Of a stretch of 24,355 nt of DNA, positions 23,150 through 24,355 are shown one piece after another. The notes under the pieces are model-generated. The model worked only from the letters and a program-made list of their open reading frames with translations, did not search any database and was not told the origin of the DNA. Location: positions 64,001-88,355 of the IMG/VR virus record IMGVR_UViG_3300045049_000056; one strand, given 5' to 3'. Both the position numbers and the translations under genes were made by a program. How positions within the stretch are numbered: the first letter of the stretch is position 1; every line of letters begins with the position of its first letter. This DNA is from a virus. Lineage: Duplodnaviria; Heunggongvirae; Uroviricota; Caudoviricetes.

Positions 23150-23321
23150 GATTCTCTTCCTTCACTTCCGTAAATTTATAACCTCGGATGTGCTCGTATT
23201 TTTTATAAAGCTCAATCAATGCTTTTTCTTCGTTCTCAGCTTTAACTTTGGCTGTCATGTGGTAAGTAATACCGATTGCACCGACGGGACGGCCGTGAAA
23301 TTCTGCAATGTAAGTTTTCAT
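23142..23321 (-). CDS. Hypothetical protein
   Basis: MKTYIAEFHGRPVGAIG..., GGAG upstream. Confidence 0.75.
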   Translation of the reverse strand: MKTYIAEFHGRPVGAIGITYHMTAKVKAENEEKALIELYKKYEHIRGYKFTEVKEENHG

Positions 23322-23323
23322 AA

Positions 23324-23488
23324 TTAAGCACGCTCCCAAGTGATCCAATGTTGGTAGGTGAAGCTGTTACGTTCCTGCTCAGTCATAATCGCCCACTGAG
23401 GATTTTTATAGCCCATCGGAAGAGTCATAATCCATTCGCCCGGTTTTGCTTTTTCGCGGGCTTCTTGCAGAGTTTCGGTCTTGGTCAT
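23324..23488 (-). CDS. Hypothetical protein (54 aa)
   Basis: MTKTETLQEAREKAKPGEWIM...; AACAACGGAG leader. Confidence 0.7.
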   Translation of the reverse strand: MTKTETLQEAREKAKPGEWIMTLPMGYKNPQWAIMTEQERNSFTYQHWITWERA

Positions 23489-23515
23489 TTTGTACTCCGT
23501 TGTTCGTATGTGCTT

Positions 23516-23544
23516 AGTCTGCTGTGTTTGCTTTGCTGTGTCAA
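23516..23544 (-). promoter_or_regulatory. Early-type sigma70 promoter
   Basis: GC-TTGACA-17-CAGACT. Confidence 0.55.
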
Positions 23545-23551
23545 GCTTTAT

Positions 23552-23866
23552 TTAAACAGGAACACGCTTGTGCACAATGCGGTGTTGCCCAATGGTTCCG
23601 GCGTTCTCTCGGTATTCTTTGAGACGTTCCTTAGCTTCCGTACGTGTTTCTTCGGTGCACTCAACGTCCCAACCATGGCCATAGTTGCCCTGAATCTGGA
23701 ACTCATCTTTCATCTTACGGCGCACCTTGGTAACGTAGCAATCATCCGGCATTTCTCCGCGCGCTTTAAGTGCCTTCTCTACGTCTGCCGCAGTATCTTT
23801 AGGGAAGTCGTTGTAAAACACAGTGTCGATGATCTTACGGCCACGTTTGATATTGAATGCTTGCAT
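23552..23866 (-). CDS. Hypothetical protein, apparent fusion of two small phage domains
   Basis: CAAGGAGAACATC-ATG; AFNIKRGRKIIDTVFY half plus IQGNYGHGW..EYREN half. Confidence 0.8.
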   Translation of the reverse strand: MQAFNIKRGRKIIDTVFYNDFPKDTAADVEKALKARGEMPDDCYVTKVRRKMKDEFQIQGNYGHGWDVECTEETRTEAKERLKEYRENAGTIGQHRIVHKRVPV

Positions 23867-23915
23867 GATGTTCTCCTTGTGTTGTTTAGCGCCCGTTGCG
23901 CTTTCCATGTAGATC

Positions 23916-23944
23916 ATTGTGCACCAGCTTTTCAGGCAATGCAA
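23916..23944 (-). promoter_or_regulatory. First promoter of the early block
   Basis: AGTGC-TTGCAT-17-CACAAT. Confidence 0.7.
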
Positions 23945-24112
23945 GCACTTTTTAGCAGGACAAGCACAAATAGTTTGGACCGGCACTGTCAGACAGATTT
24001 AGGAGCAATGCAGCGCTCTATATAGCATGTCTCTAGCACCTATACAGCTAAACCACGAATAGCTGCTATGGCGATAATCTCTATCGACGTATCTCTTATT
24101 ACGATAAGTAAT

Positions 24113-24155
24113 CTGGAAAACACGCTACTCCTGCTTTCTCAAACGTGTTTTCCAG
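24113..24155. repeat. Perfect 12-bp inverted repeat with 19-bp spacer
   Basis: CTGGAAAACACG (24113-24124) / CGTGTTTTCCAG (24144-24155). Confidence 0.85.
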
Positions 24156-24158
24156 CCC

Positions 24159-24198
24159 CACAAAAAGGAAAAGCCCTGACACATTGCTGTGTAGGGCC
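24159..24198 (-). terminator. Intrinsic terminator insulating the early block
   Basis: GCCCT-ACACA-GCAA-TGTGT-C-AGGGC-TTTTCCTTTTT. Confidence 0.85.
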
Positions 24199-24243
24199 AA
24201 ATTTGGGAGAGGGGGTCGTTGATCCCAAGGGTGCATGATTCTG

Positions 24244-24261
24244 GCTCGCTGACGAGTTTTT
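24244..24261 (+). terminator. Small terminator-like hairpin
   Basis: GCTCG-CTGA-CGAGT-TTTT. Confidence 0.45.
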
Positions 24262-24263
24262 AC

Positions 24264-24355
24264 TTATGAAATCGGTCCAAAATCCAAATTGATTTCCTTG
24301 TGCCACTCATCAAACATTTCTACAGCACGCTTTGCGCTATCAAAAATGTCTTGCA
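24264..24355 (-). CDS. 3' end of a gene entering from the right
   Basis: Open frame ...QDIFDSAKRAVEMFDEWHKEINLDFGPIS-stop. Confidence 0.65.
   Translation of the reverse strand, partial: QDIFDSAKRAVEMFDEWHKEINLDFGPIS

Noticed and set aside
12743-24025. Plus-strand ORFs such as 12743-13201, 15709-16050, 21972-22292 and 23348-24025
   Set aside because: They are antisense shadows of tightly coupled minus-strand genes and have no promoter or RBS.

Overview
This window is a gene-dense segment of a tailed dsDNA phage genome. Its layout (tRNAs, PhoH, ClpP-like protein, HD phosphohydrolase, and a long block of tiny genes behind host sigma70 promoters) resembles mid-sized lytic myoviruses, but that is inference and no host can be assigned. 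It has four parts. (1) 1-1297, minus strand: a possible terminase small subunit, then an RNA cluster with a 112-nt tRNA-shaped RNA, tRNA-Thr(UGU), tRNA-Pro(UGG) and a ~210-nt structured region that can form mutually exclusive terminator, antiterminator and anti-antiterminator helices. (2) 1447-7920, plus strand: PhoH, ClpP-like, HD nucleotidase, macro-like and SLOG proteins, hypotheticals, and a self-contained serine recombinase unit. (3) 7921-8666: a non-coding convergence zone with repeats, a consensus CRP-type box and an antisense promoter. (4) 8667-23944, minus strand: about 50 small early-type genes driven by about 10 related sigma70 promoters, including a small alarmone hydrolase-like HD protein and a GIY-YIG/NUMOD homing endonuclease. 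This block is interrupted by an oppositely oriented three-gene cassette at 13728-15255. All calls were made by eye from motifs; no database searches or folding programs were run.
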